Shown: positions 1 to 10,537, counted from the first letter of the stretch. The stretch: 64,000 bases of DNA from Planctomycetota bacterium (GCA_050248855.1 JBFWRP010000002.1:1-64000), one strand, 5' to 3'. The notes: generated by a model from the sequence alone, not told the origin. Made by a program: numbers and translations.

Positions 1-94
1 CCCTCTCTGCGGGTCGGTTGCGCGGTCAGCAACCTCCACAGTCGGCCGGGGGAGCGGCCCCCTTCACTCCATGCCCCCTTAAGTCACCGGCATT

Positions 95-480
95 GGTGTC
101 AGACACCGAAGTGCGACGTTCGCCGGCGATCGCACCGCGACCCCTGCGTGTCAGGCACCTTGCCCACGTTGCCGCTGCGCGGCGCCGCGGCAAGGGTCCT
201 GACACATCCGGGTTCGCTCGGACACCGTCGTCCGCCGGCCGGCGAACCGCGACCCCTGCGTGTCAGGCACCTTGCCCACGTTGCTCTCTCGGGCAACGGG
301 GCGAGTCTCGGATGTGCCTTGCGTTGCCCGTAGAGGGACGACGCTCTCGCTTCCGTTCCGCGCTCCCGCGCGGAGTGTGCGCTCAGGCTCCGCCCTCGCG
401 GCATGGGTGCTAGTCCCTACCACCCCTGCACCTCTCACGGTGCGGCGCCGCGGCAAGGGTCCGGACACATCCGGGGTCGT
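95..480. repeat. REP/BIME-like cluster of palindromic intergenic repeats
   Basis: The 39-bp unit accgcgacccctgcgtgtcaggcaccttgcccacgttgc is identical at 134-172 and 246-284. Unit B (gcggcgccgcggcaagggtcc[t/g]gacacatccggg) at ~179-212 and ~442-474 is roughly its reverse complement. The palindrome ggtgtcagacacc lies at 95-107. Confidence 0.75.
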
Positions 481-484
481 GGGA

Positions 485-1225
485 TCACGCCTCCGTCCGC
501 CCCGCCCGGCGGCGGCGCGCGCGAGCCAGGTCCGCCGGCAGGGCATCGAGGAACCTGGAGCCGAGCGTGAGCGCGTCCTCGAAGTCCTGGGGCTTGAAGC
601 GTCCGCTGCGGCGCACGAGCAGATGCAGACCGCCCAGCTCGATGTGGAACCGCGGCGAGGAGAGCAGCAGCTCCATGACTTCCGTGTGGATCACGTCGTA
701 GGCCCAGCGCTTGTCCTTCGCCTTCACCATGAACTCACGGCTGAACTGGTTGCTCTCGAAGTCGATGTCGTCGAACCCGACGGCCTGGACCATCTTGTCG
801 AGCCACGTCTCGTTGCGGATCGTCAGCGGGTCCAGCTCCATCTGGGCGTCCAGGATCACGTTGCTGGACCAATGGTGGCTCGTCTGCCGCCGGCCCTTGC
901 TGTCCGTCGAGTACGTCTCGTAGTGGTAGTCGAAGCAGCAGACGTGCCAGGGGCCCGAGACACCTTCCATGATGTTCTGCGCGTAGCGGTTGGACCCGGT
1001 GGTGAAGTGGCTGAAGTGCGACCACCGCGAGGCGTAGCCGCCGTCCTTGCCGCGATGGAACGTGAGCCCGCGGCGGTTCGTCCAGACCGCCAGCTCCTCC
1101 ATGCGCTTCTGGTGCGCCTTCCAGCTGTAGATGCCGCCGATCACCACGGCGACCACGGCCAGCACGAAGATCAAGGCGATGGGGCCATCCCCGTTGCTTG
1201 CGACGAGCGGCAGCACTCCGTTCAT
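485..1225 (-). CDS. Membrane-anchored DUF3137-like protein
   Basis: N-terminal TM helix (IALIFVLAVVAVVIGGIY) and a DIDFESNQFSREFMVKAKD...AYDVI motif. Start set at MNGVLP; the ORF is open to 1348. Confidence 0.6.
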   Translation of the reverse strand: MNGVLPLVASNGDGPIALIFVLAVVAVVIGGIYSWKAHQKRMEELAVWTNRRGLTFHRGKDGGYASRWSHFSHFTTGSNRYAQNIMEGVSGPWHVCCFDYHYETYSTDSKGRRQTSHHWSSNVILDAQMELDPLTIRNETWLDKMVQAVGFDDIDFESNQFSREFMVKAKDKRWAYDVIHTEVMELLLSSPRFHIELGGLHLLVRRSGRFKPQDFEDALTLGSRFLDALPADLARARRRRAGRTEA

Positions 1226-1360
1226 GGCGTCGATCGCGGTCGGCAAGGCCGTCCTCCCGGTGCGCGCGAGTCTACGCGCGAAGGTGCCCGGCTCGCGGTC
1301 GCGGAGCGGAGCGACGCGGACCGCGTGCCAGGCTCCTTCGTGCATCATCCGCGCTCGGGG

Positions 1361-1936
1361 TCAGACCCCGCGGCCGTCATCACCGGCCTCCACCTGCGTG
1401 CCATGCCCCATGGCCGCATTGAAGGCTTGGCTGCCGCCGCGCGGGACCGACAGCGAGGTCCACGCCGGGCCCACGAGCAGCCGCGCCGTCGTCACGATCT
1501 GGCCCACGTGGTAGGCGTGGTGGGCCAGCTGGCGGTTCAACGCGCCGAGCACCGTGTGCGGCTCGCCACGCACGGTGACGGTGGCCAGCAGGTCCTCGGG
1601 AGCCAGCGAGCCCAACGTGCCCTCGAGCGCGGCCCACCCGCTGGCCCAGTCCGCCTCGATGGCTTCGCGCGATCGCCCGTCCTCCTCGAACTCCGTGTCC
1701 CGGTGGCGCCAGGGTTTCTCCCCGTCGCTCGTGAGGAAGTCGGTGAAGCGCGAGCGCAGGTTGCCGGCCTGGTGGCGGGCGATCACGTCGAGCGAGTTGA
1801 GGTCCGGGCCCGGCGGACGCCCGAGATCCCTGTCGGCGACCTGGGCCAGGGCACGCTCGGCCAGGCGCCGCAAGCCCGCGAAGCGCTCCGCCAGATCCTC
1901 CAACACCGCCCGCCCGAGTTCGTCGCCAGCCGCCAT
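1361..1936 (-). CDS. DinB-superfamily protein (DUF1572-like)
   Basis: NSLDVIARHQAGNLRSRFTDFLTSDGEKPWRHRDTEF and QLAHHAYHVGQIV motifs. Confidence 0.85.
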   Translation of the reverse strand: MAAGDELGRAVLEDLAERFAGLRRLAERALAQVADRDLGRPPGPDLNSLDVIARHQAGNLRSRFTDFLTSDGEKPWRHRDTEFEEDGRSREAIEADWASGWAALEGTLGSLAPEDLLATVTVRGEPHTVLGALNRQLAHHAYHVGQIVTTARLLVGPAWTSLSVPRGGSQAFNAAMGHGTQVEAGDDGRGV

Positions 1937-2052
1937 CTCGCCTCCGTGCGCGGGTTCCCGGGGCGCCGGCCCCCCCCAGCCCGCGGCGTCGTGCGCCGCG
2001 CGCCTCGGGTGAGGCTACCGTTTCGGGAGGCTCCGTCCCCTCCGGAGGTTTG

Positions 2053-2424
2053 ATGGCCCGCAACGTCCTCGCTACGCCGCTCGTGACCTGCTCGCGCTCG
2101 CCCCTCACCGGCTGGTACCGGGACGGCACCTGCCGTACCGGCAGCGGCGATGAAGGCCTGCACTGCGTGTGCGCCGTGATGACGGGCGAGTTCCTGCGCT
2201 TCTCGCGCGAGCAGGGCAACGACCTCTCCACGCCCAACCCCGACATGGACTTCCCGGGCTTGAAGCCCGGCGACCGCTGGTGCCTCTGCGTCGCCCGTTG
2301 GCAGGAGGCCCACCGTGCGGGCGTGGCCCCGCCCGTCGTGCTCGAGGCCACGCACATCTCGGCGCTCGAGTTCGTCGACCTCGAGGACTTGAAGGCCCAC
2401 GAGGTGGGGGGGCCCAAGGCGTGA
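2053..2424 (+). CDS. DUF2237 family protein
   Basis: NVLATPLVTCS..PLTGWYRDGTC, FLRFSREQGNDLSTP, GLKPGDRWCLCVARW and PPVVLEATH motifs. Confidence 0.9.
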   Translation: MARNVLATPLVTCSRSPLTGWYRDGTCRTGSGDEGLHCVCAVMTGEFLRFSREQGNDLSTPNPDMDFPGLKPGDRWCLCVARWQEAHRAGVAPPVVLEATHISALEFVDLEDLKAHEVGGPKA

Positions 2425-2495
2425 GAGGCGTTCCGCCGCGCCTCGGCCGTTGACCCCCCGCACGCCGCGTTGCACCTTGCTGCGGGTCCCGGGAG

Positions 2496-2984
2496 GTGTT
2501 CGTGACCGTCGGTGCGCGCCTGCTGCTGCTCTTCCCCCTGCTCGCGGTGGTCCTCCTCGTGGGCCTGCAGGAAACCGAGCCGGGTGAGCTCGTGCGCACC
2601 GCGTGGGCCGACGGCGTGCGCGAGCTTGGCGCGCTCGTCACCACGCCGCTTGTCGCCTACCCGCCGCACGTGGCACCGGTGCCCGCCGATGTCGCGGAAG
2701 CCCGGCGGGGGGCGCCGCCGCAGATGGCCTTCCTGGCCATCTTCCTGGCGGGCGTCCTCGCCCTGCCCGGCACCTGGGCCAACCGGGGCGGGCGCCTCCT
2801 CGTGGGCGTTCTCGTGCTGCTGGCGCTGGACGCCTGGCGCTTGGTGACCCTGACGCGCGTCGCGACCGCCGATCCCGACGTCGTGAAGATCGTCAATGCC
2901 GTCTTCTGGCCCGCGCCGCTCGTCGCGGCCTTGGTGCTGCTGCTCCTGGCGGCGCGCTCGCGCCCCGCGGCCCGCACCGCATGA
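2496..2984 (+). CDS. Exosortase/archaeosortase-like membrane protein, apparently degenerate
   Basis: AGVLALPGTW..RGGRLLVGVLVLLALDAWRLVTL...VFW matches the C-terminal pattern of exosortase H-type proteins. The ORF contains no Cys. Confidence 0.5.
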   Translation: MFVTVGARLLLLFPLLAVVLLVGLQETEPGELVRTAWADGVRELGALVTTPLVAYPPHVAPVPADVAEARRGAPPQMAFLAIFLAGVLALPGTWANRGGRLLVGVLVLLALDAWRLVTLTRVATADPDVVKIVNAVFWPAPLVAALVLLLLAARSRPAARTA

Positions 2985-3484
2985 GCCTCGGCACCTCGCT
3001 CCTGACCGGCACCTTGCTGATCGCCGCCGGCGTGGCCGTGGCCTGGTTCGGCGAGCCCGCCTACGCCCGTGCCCTCGCGCCGCTGGCCGAGGTGTTGCAG
3101 GACCGCGTCGACCCGCAGGCGCCGGCGCACATCGAGGCGCGTGGCATCTACCTCGTGGCCGTCGGACCCGCCTCGGGCGACCAGGTGCGATCCACCACGC
3201 CGATTCCCGTCCGCGCGATCGGCTGGACCCTGCCCGCCCTCCTGATCGGCTGGGGCCTCTTGGTGCGCGCCCGGTGGGGGACGCTGGTCGTGGTGCTCCT
3301 GCTGTTCGTCGCCGCCCACGCCGTCCAAGCCGCCTACGAGTGCGGCGCCGCCTGGTCGGGCGAGAACCCGCTCGCGCTTCGCATCTGGCGCGAGGGCGGG
3401 CAGATGCTGGCTCTCGTCTTGGCCCTGATGGCGGCGCGCGTGGCGGACCGCGGCACGCAGGCCGTGCCCGCCGTCAGAAGCTGA
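2981..3484 (+). CDS. Membrane protein coupled to the exosortase-like gene
   Basis: ATGA overlap at 2981-2984 and several hydrophobic helices. Confidence 0.6.
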   Translation: MSLGTSLLTGTLLIAAGVAVAWFGEPAYARALAPLAEVLQDRVDPQAPAHIEARGIYLVAVGPASGDQVRSTTPIPVRAIGWTLPALLIGWGLLVRARWGTLVVVLLLFVAAHAVQAAYECGAAWSGENPLALRIWREGGQMLALVLALMAARVADRGTQAVPAVRS

Positions 3485-5627
3485 ACCCCAGCGACAGGTG
3501 CACGGCCCAGTCCGAATCGGCGGCAAAGCGCCGGCCCGGGTTGTAGGCCACGTCCAAGCGCACGGGCCCGAACGGGAAGTACCAGCGCAAGCCCGCGCCC
3601 ACGGCGTGGCCCAGGGGACCGGAGAAGTCCCAGCTGTCCTCGTTCACCACGCCCACGTCGTAGAACGCCGCACCGTGGAGGTCCCCAAGCCCCAACGGCA
3701 CCCGCAGCTCGACGTGCGCTTGCGCCGACGTGAGACCGCCGATGGGGTCGCCGTCGTCATCGACGGGTCCCAGCTCGGACTCGTCGAAGCTGCGCACCGT
3801 GGACTCGCCGCCCAGGAAGTAGCGCTCCTGGATCGGGAGCGTCGGACGGTCGTCGAGGATCTCCTTCACACGGGCCGAGGCCCCGACCGCCAGCACGACG
3901 CTGCCAAGCGGCACGAGGTGCACGACGCGACCGCGAAGCTCCAGGTAGTCGAGGTCTGCGCCGAGCGACGGGCTGCTCCAGAACGTCCCTGCTTCGGCCA
4001 GCGTGCCGCGTGACGGCAAGAGCACGCTGTCGCGCGTGTCGTAGGCCACCTCGGCGAAGAGGCCCGCCGCGTTGACGAAGCCCTCGAGCGTGGCCTCGTC
4101 GATCTCGCCTTCGACGTCGCTGGCCTTCTCCGAGCGGAAGCGGTACCCGCCCGCGAGGCGCCAGTGGTCCCCGACGAGCACCTCGGCCGCGGCGGAGAGC
4201 TCGATGCGCTGGAAGGTGTACGAGGGCTCCTCACGGCGCTCGTAGCCCGCGTGCAGCAGCAGCTGGCGATCCGGGCCGAAGATCCAGGGGTCGATCAGGT
4301 CCACCTCGCCGGCCCAGCCCTTGAGGCTCGCGCGCGTCTCCGCCTCGAAGCGCCGGCCGATGCCGAAGAGGTTGCGGTCCACGTAGCGCAGCGATCCACG
4401 GGCCAGCTCGTAGCTGCCCCAACCTGCCTGGATCTCCACGCTGCGCGCTTCGAGCTCGGGCAGGTCGAACACGAGGTCCGCCGTGTCGGGCCCCGTCGGG
4501 ACGACCTCCGCGTGGACGCCCCGGAACAACCCCGAACGGAAGAAGCTCTCCTGCGCTTGGTCGATCTTGCCCTGGTAGAGCACGTCGCCACGACGCAGCG
4601 GGACCAAGCCCCGGGCGAAGCCGTAGCGCGTGCGATCCAGGCCCCGGAGGCAGATGTCCTCGACACGCACGCACGGACCGGGATCGGCCACGATGTCGAT
4701 GTCGGCCCGGCAGCGCGGCTCGCGCACGAGCCGTGCCGTGCCCTTGACGGTGGCAAACTGCCGGCCGCGGTCGAGCAGGCCGCTGCGCACGCGACCGGCC
4801 GCTTGGTGGGGGAGGCGGCCGGTGTAGGGCTTGCCAACCAGACCCATCTCGCACGGCGCGACGCCCTCGAAGTGCACGCCCCCTACGCACGTGAGGCAGC
4901 CCTCCTCGATGCGGATCGTGAGGCGCACGCAGTCGCGCTTGGCGTTCCAGTGCTCTTCGGGCTCGTGGACCTTGACGTCCTGGAAGCCGTTCAGGCGGTA
5001 CTCGCGCTCGATCTGCTCGATGCCGTCCTCGATCATCTGGCGGTCGTAGATGGTGTTGCCCAGGCCCAGCGGCGCGTCGGTCGCCAGATCGAAGTACTCG
5101 AGCAGGTCCTCGGCCTCCAGGCACCTCGTGCCGACCAGCTCGATGCCCGAGAGGTTGGCGCGCCGCCCCTCCGCGACCCGGAACACGGCAACGCCGTCCT
5201 GCACCTCGAAGTCGACCGTGGCGCCCTGGTAGCCCTCGGCCAGCAGGAACTGCTCCATGGACCACGCGGCGTCCTGGGCATCGGCCTCGCGCTGGTGCTC
5301 GGCGAACGCATCCAGCTCGAGCGCGGCAGCGCCCGCCAGCTCGCTCGTGGGCACGGTGACGTTGCCCTCGATCCGCGCCCCCGCCGGCAGGCCGTCCTCG
5401 CACACGAACGGGTTGGGCAGCTCCGGCAGCTCGAACGGATCCTCGTCGCTGCAGCCCAGCCCGCACTGGCAGCCCCCCAGCAGCAGCGCGACCACCAAGA
5501 GGGGCGCCAGCGCGCGGAGGCGCCTGGACCTTCGCCTGGGCGCAAAGCCACGGGACCACGGTGGCAGACACCGACGTGCGGCTCGTCGTTGCGAGGCGAC
5601 ATCCCTCACCGGAACCGCCATCGCCAC
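3474..5627 (-). CDS. tamA: TamA/BamA (Omp85) outer-membrane assembly protein with POTRA domains
   Basis: POTRA-like repeats, RYFLGGESTVRSF, GAGLRWYFPFGPVRLDVAY, terminal HLSLGFSF, and a lipobox-like LLGGC. The start is uncertain. Confidence 0.85.
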   Translation of the reverse strand: MAMAVPVRDVASQRRAARRCLPPWSRGFAPRRRSRRLRALAPLLVVALLLGGCQCGLGCSDEDPFELPELPNPFVCEDGLPAGARIEGNVTVPTSELAGAAALELDAFAEHQREADAQDAAWSMEQFLLAEGYQGATVDFEVQDGVAVFRVAEGRRANLSGIELVGTRCLEAEDLLEYFDLATDAPLGLGNTIYDRQMIEDGIEQIEREYRLNGFQDVKVHEPEEHWNAKRDCVRLTIRIEEGCLTCVGGVHFEGVAPCEMGLVGKPYTGRLPHQAAGRVRSGLLDRGRQFATVKGTARLVREPRCRADIDIVADPGPCVRVEDICLRGLDRTRYGFARGLVPLRRGDVLYQGKIDQAQESFFRSGLFRGVHAEVVPTGPDTADLVFDLPELEARSVEIQAGWGSYELARGSLRYVDRNLFGIGRRFEAETRASLKGWAGEVDLIDPWIFGPDRQLLLHAGYERREEPSYTFQRIELSAAAEVLVGDHWRLAGGYRFRSEKASDVEGEIDEATLEGFVNAAGLFAEVAYDTRDSVLLPSRGTLAEAGTFWSSPSLGADLDYLELRGRVVHLVPLGSVVLAVGASARVKEILDDRPTLPIQERYFLGGESTVRSFDESELGPVDDDGDPIGGLTSAQAHVELRVPLGLGDLHGAAFYDVGVVNEDSWDFSGPLGHAVGAGLRWYFPFGPVRLDVAYNPGRRFAADSDWAVHLSLGFSF

Positions 5628-8600
5628 ACCACGCCGGCGTTGAAGTTGTCGTAGCGGTCGCGTTCCACCCGCAGGAAGAAGCGGTCGGTCATCTCGAACT
5701 CGGCCTCGATCGTCTCCTGGCCCGAGCGACTGATCTCCCGCCCCTGCGTGAACGTGAACCGGTCGAAGAAACCCAGGTCGTCGGGATCCTCGGGCCCGCG
5801 CCCACCGCCGGACAGCAAGGACTGCCCGAACACGCTCCCGATGCGCGTGAGGGCCGCACGCGCCAGCCCCTCGCGCGCCAGCTCCTCCCCCGTGGCCCCC
5901 GTCGTGAGCAGGAGGATGGCCTCGTTCTGCGGCAGCGGCGGCACGGAGGCCACGCGGATGTCGATCTCGGGCAATCGACCGCGCACGCGTACGCTCAGCT
6001 CGTAGCCCTTCATCTCCGTGTGGGCTTCGGCTTCCAGGTACGGCTGCGTGGGGTCGGCCTCGTCGAAGCGCGCTTCGCCGCGATCCACCTTGAGCGAGCT
6101 GAACGGCAGCTTCACCAGCATGTCCGGGAAGGAGACCCGGCCCACCAGCGCGGGCTCGGCGCCCGTCCCCTGCAGTCGCACGCTGGCCGTGATGTCGCCG
6201 CGCATCACGTTGGTGCGTACGCGGATCGTCTCTTCGGCGCGCACGTCGATCTCGAACCGCATCGAGGCCATGGGCCCGTCGGGGATGCTGAACAGCTGCA
6301 CGCCGTCGCCCGCCGTGGCCGCACCGCCGCCTCCGAGGAAGCTCGTGGTGGCCACGTACAGCGCGTCCGTGATCCGCACGTTCCCGGCCAGCAGCAGCTG
6401 GTCCAGCGGACCCGTGGCGCGCACGTCGACGTCCGCACGGGCCCGCAGGTCGCGCGTGCGCGTCAACAGCAGGTTGTCGCCCGCGAGCCTGACGTCCAGC
6501 GTGGGCGGGCCGCCGTCGGCCCAGTCGACCGTGCCGCCGAGCGTGAAGGGGGAGCGGCCCAGGCCGCCGCGCACATCTACGAGCGTGGCGCGCTGCCCCA
6601 CGAACTCGATGCGACCGTTCACGTCATCGAGGCTGGGGAACGAGCCAGGCAGGCGCCCGCCCACCCCGACCAGCTCGAGGGTCCCGGACAGCTCCGGATC
6701 GCCGAGCACGCCGCGCGCCGTCACTTGACCCCGCACCCGCCCGTTCAACCGCTTGAGCTCCGCATCGAGCGCGCCGAGCAACGAGAAGTCCGCCACGTCG
6801 AGGTCGGCGCGGAGGTCCAGCGGCACCGCGGCCCAGTCGCCCTCGAGCTCCGCCGGCAGGCCCACCGTCCCACCCAGCTGGATGCGCGCCGTCCCGAGGG
6901 CCACGAGCGCCTCGTCCAGCACCAGCTGGCGCCCCTCGGCACGGATCGTCGCGCGCTCGATGCGCAGCGTCTCGCCCACGGCCTCGAGCGGGTATCCGAC
7001 GTTCGAGAGGACCACGCGCCCCGCGACGTCGGGCGCGCTCAGCGTGCCGCGAACCGTGGCATCCACCGACGCCGACCCCGTCGCCTCCGCCACGTCGGGC
7101 ACGAGCCGGCCAAGCAGACCGAACGACGGCACTTCACCGCGCAGCGTCACGTCGAGCGGGGCATCTTCGAAGGCCGGGTCCCCGCGCAAGTCGGCCGACC
7201 CCTTCACCTCGAGCCGTGCGTCGTCGACCAGGATCGTGGCTTCCTCGACCGTGAGCACGTCGTCGAGGTAGGCAAGGCGCACGAGGGGCACGCGCACGGT
7301 TTCGTCCGTGCCCGCAAGGCGCAGCGAGAGGTCCTCGCCCACGACGCTGCCCTGGACGCGGGGATCGCTCAGCGTGCCCGTCACGTCCACCGCACCCTGG
7401 AGCCGCCCGGACAGCGGCGCGAGATCGCGCAGGACGTCGTTGAGCACCGACAGCTCGGGCACGTTCAGCGACGCTTCGCCCGACACCTTCTGCCCCGCCC
7501 ACCCGCGCGCACGCTCCTCGGGCAGATCCAGCTGGCCGGCCGCAGCCAGGTTCGCCGTCGCGTAGGCCAGCCGCGCCTTCACGATCTTGAGCTCGCCCTC
7601 GTGGAGGCGGACCACGAGCTCGGGCACCTCGACGGGCAGCGGCACGTCCCGCAGCTGCAGGGACAAGCCCGTCCCCTCGACCAGTCCCTCGATCTGCGGC
7701 CACGTGACCGCGCCCGTCACCTGCAGGTTGGCGCGCAGCCCCCCGTCCGCGTCCACGAGGGCCTCGGGCAAGAACGGCACGATCGCGGTGGCATCCGGAA
7801 CGTGCGCCTCGATCGTGCCCTCGACCTCGATGCCCGCGAGGTCGTCCGGCGTCTGGACCGGATCGGTCCAACGCCAGCCCGTCGTCGTCCATGCCCGCAG
7901 CGTGGCCGTGGCGCGTGGGTCGTCCTCGAGCCGCGCCACGAGCGACGCGCCGCCGCCGTCGGCCTCGGCCTCCACGACGACGCTCGCGAGCGGATCGATC
8001 TCGTCCAGCACCGGCACCTGGGCCATCTGGACCCGCGCGCGCACCTGCTCGCCATCCCCGCTGGCCTCCAGCGCCAAGCTGCGCACGCGGACCGGCAGCC
8101 ATGCGGACAGATCGCTCGTCGACAGCTCCAACGCAAAGCGCGCATCGCGCACCGGAAGCCGCTCGATCCCGTCAGGTCCCAGACGAAGGGGAAGCCGACC
8201 CGAGCCGCTCGCGCGCAGCGCGTCCCCGGCATCCACCGCGAGGCGTTCGAGGTCGATGCCGTCCGCGTCCTGCTGCACGAGCAGATCGACGCTGCCGGTG
8301 CGTCCGTCGTAGCGAAGCTCGGGCACGAGCAGCTCGAGGCGCTGCACGTCGTCGGTCAGGACCAGGGAGCCGCTCGCCCTGCCCTCCACCTCGGGCACGA
8401 GACGAGCCAGGTCCAGACGCTCGAACGTGACGTCGGCGCGCAGCGTGGGCGACCACGTGATCGTGCCTGCCAGCCGCCCGTCGAGCGCGTCGGCGACGAG
8501 GCCCTCGACGCGTCCCCGCTCGCCGAACTCGACGCGTGCCTCCTCGAGCAGCTTCAGCGTGTAGCTGTCGTAGCGACCGTCGAGCGTGCGCACCACGGCA

Positions 8601-10537
8601 CGGGCGCTTCCCGGATCGACCGTCCCGGTGGCCGTGACCTCGCCCCAGGGCCCTCGTGCCTCGAGCGTCGTGACCTCCAGGGTCGCGCCCGCGCCTTCCA
8701 GGGCGACACGCAGCGCGTCCACGACCACGCCGTCCACCACGAGGTCCGAGCCCGCCAGCGTGATCTCCCCGTCGATGGTCTCGAGGTCCCCTCGCAGGCG
8801 AAGCTCGCCCCGGAGCGAACCCGCGACGTCGGGCAGGCCCAGGTCCGGCAGCAACGCCCGCAGGCCGGCGAGGTCGCTCACCACGAGATCCAGGCGCGAG
8901 GCCTCGACATCGAGCGGATCGATGCGCAGGCGCGCCTCGCCGTCGAGCGACGCGGCATCGCTCTCGAGCACGAGACGCTGGACGTCGAGCAGGCCACCGT
9001 CGTAGCGCCCCTCCACGTCCAGTACGCGCACCTCGCGCCCGTCGATGCGCAGCGACTCGCCGCGCACCGAGCCCACGACCGACGGCTCGGCGAGGGATCC
9101 GGAGAGCTGCGCGTCCAGCGCCAGCCGACCGCCGATCTCCATGTCGGCCAGCGTCACGTCGCGGATCTCGCCTTCCAGCGCGAGATCGAGCACGGCGCTC
9201 GACCAGTCCCCCGGATCCGCCGGCGCCACGACCGAACCCTCGGCCCGCAGCCCCACGCCCTCGCCCGTCACCGCGAGGCCCTTCACGACGACCGTGCGTC
9301 CGTCGGGGCTCGAGGCTTCGACATCGATCGCCAGCGGCCGGTCCACGACGCTCAGCCATCGGCCCAGGTCGTCGGCATGCAGCTTCAGGTACTCGAGCGA
9401 GGCGATGCCGTACGTGCTGCCGCTCGTATCGAGCGCCACGTTGCGCGCTTCGAACCGCGCGTGCTCCGCATCCAAGGCGGCGCTGTGCACGACCAGGGCG
9501 TCGTCGGTTGCGCCCACGCGAAGCGACACCGAGCGGATCGTCTCCTCGGGCAGCACCAAGTCGCCACCCGTGAGCGTCGCCGTGGCCTCGAGCGGATCGA
9601 GCGACGTGGCGCTCACGTCCAAGGCCAGGAAGCCGGCGCTCGGCCGCAGGTTGGGATCCGGAACCAGTCGCAGCACCCACGGCGGCACGTCGTCGACCTG
9701 CAGACGCCCCGTCCGCACGGCGGCCTGCTGGTCCTCCAGGAGTACCGACAGATCCGCACCCGCGACCGTGCCTTTGGCTTCGAGGCGACCGCCCGCGCCC
9801 AGGTCGATCGTGGCCAGCTTCAAGCCCGCGATCTCGCTGTCGCTCTCCCACACGAGGCCAAAGGCCTCGCGCCGGATCCGGGCGTGGAACTCGCCTGCGC
9901 GTCCTGCCGGGTCCGGCAGCACGATCTGCCCCGCGTCCATCGACAGCACGTGGTCGCCGGGCGAGCTGATGCGCAGCCCCTCCAGCTGCACGACACCGAG
10001 GCCGGTCACGGCCTCGAGGCGGGCTTCGATGTCGATGGGCGGAAAACGCGCCGGCACCGCCGCGACCACCTCCTCCAAAGAAGGCGGCTCGGAGCCGTCG
10101 TCCACCGTGGGCCGCGTGAAGTCCAGGCGCAGGCGCAGGTTGTCCGCCTCGACGCCTTGGATGGCATCGACCACGTTGCCGGCGAGGATCTTCCACAGGC
10201 TGAAGTGGACCTCGATCTGGTCAGCCTCGAAGCTGTCGAGGACGCCCCGCTCGACGTCCGAGTCGGCATCCACCGTGATCGACTCGATGCGCGCGTTCGT
10301 GACCCATGTCCCGAGCACCCGGTCGACCTTGACGGGCACGCCCAGTGCGTCGCTCAGCACCACGCTCACGCGCTTGGCCACGAGGTCGCCGAACAAGGGC
10401 TGGCGAAGCAAGTAGAGACCCACGAGCAGCAGCACGAAGGCGGCCAGGACCCGCACGAGGCGGCGCCCGCGCCGACGGCGACGGCCGCCAGGCGGGGCGG
10501 CGTGCGATCCGTCAGGGGGAGGGGCTGCGCCTGCCAT
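5606..10537 (-). CDS. tamB: TamB translocation/assembly module protein (AsmA-like, C-terminal DUF490)
   Basis: 1643 aa with an N-terminal TM anchor, repeated beta-taco units (LxGTLSDPRVQG), SVPPLPQNEAILLLTTG and a terminal WRWRFR. Directly upstream of the Omp85 gene. Confidence 0.88.
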   Translation of the reverse strand: MAGAAPPPDGSHAAPPGGRRRRRGRRLVRVLAAFVLLLVGLYLLRQPLFGDLVAKRVSVVLSDALGVPVKVDRVLGTWVTNARIESITVDADSDVERGVLDSFEADQIEVHFSLWKILAGNVVDAIQGVEADNLRLRLDFTRPTVDDGSEPPSLEEVVAAVPARFPPIDIEARLEAVTGLGVVQLEGLRISSPGDHVLSMDAGQIVLPDPAGRAGEFHARIRREAFGLVWESDSEIAGLKLATIDLGAGGRLEAKGTVAGADLSVLLEDQQAAVRTGRLQVDDVPPWVLRLVPDPNLRPSAGFLALDVSATSLDPLEATATLTGGDLVLPEETIRSVSLRVGATDDALVVHSAALDAEHARFEARNVALDTSGSTYGIASLEYLKLHADDLGRWLSVVDRPLAIDVEASSPDGRTVVVKGLAVTGEGVGLRAEGSVVAPADPGDWSSAVLDLALEGEIRDVTLADMEIGGRLALDAQLSGSLAEPSVVGSVRGESLRIDGREVRVLDVEGRYDGGLLDVQRLVLESDAASLDGEARLRIDPLDVEASRLDLVVSDLAGLRALLPDLGLPDVAGSLRGELRLRGDLETIDGEITLAGSDLVVDGVVVDALRVALEGAGATLEVTTLEARGPWGEVTATGTVDPGSARAVVRTLDGRYDSYTLKLLEEARVEFGERGRVEGLVADALDGRLAGTITWSPTLRADVTFERLDLARLVPEVEGRASGSLVLTDDVQRLELLVPELRYDGRTGSVDLLVQQDADGIDLERLAVDAGDALRASGSGRLPLRLGPDGIERLPVRDARFALELSTSDLSAWLPVRVRSLALEASGDGEQVRARVQMAQVPVLDEIDPLASVVVEAEADGGGASLVARLEDDPRATATLRAWTTTGWRWTDPVQTPDDLAGIEVEGTIEAHVPDATAIVPFLPEALVDADGGLRANLQVTGAVTWPQIEGLVEGTGLSLQLRDVPLPVEVPELVVRLHEGELKIVKARLAYATANLAAAGQLDLPEERARGWAGQKVSGEASLNVPELSVLNDVLRDLAPLSGRLQGAVDVTGTLSDPRVQGSVVGEDLSLRLAGTDETVRVPLVRLAYLDDVLTVEEATILVDDARLEVKGSADLRGDPAFEDAPLDVTLRGEVPSFGLLGRLVPDVAEATGSASVDATVRGTLSAPDVAGRVVLSNVGYPLEAVGETLRIERATIRAEGRQLVLDEALVALGTARIQLGGTVGLPAELEGDWAAVPLDLRADLDVADFSLLGALDAELKRLNGRVRGQVTARGVLGDPELSGTLELVGVGGRLPGSFPSLDDVNGRIEFVGQRATLVDVRGGLGRSPFTLGGTVDWADGGPPTLDVRLAGDNLLLTRTRDLRARADVDVRATGPLDQLLLAGNVRITDALYVATTSFLGGGGAATAGDGVQLFSIPDGPMASMRFEIDVRAEETIRVRTNVMRGDITASVRLQGTGAEPALVGRVSFPDMLVKLPFSSLKVDRGEARFDEADPTQPYLEAEAHTEMKGYELSVRVRGRLPEIDIRVASVPPLPQNEAILLLTTGATGEELAREGLARAALTRIGSVFGQSLLSGGGRGPEDPDDLGFFDRFTFTQGREISRSGQETIEAEFEMTDRFFLRVERDRYDNFNAGVVWRWRFR

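Noticed and set aside
134..474. Repeats considered as a CRISPR array
   Set aside because: Only two copies per unit, alternating orientation, irregular spacing, and no cas genes in the window.
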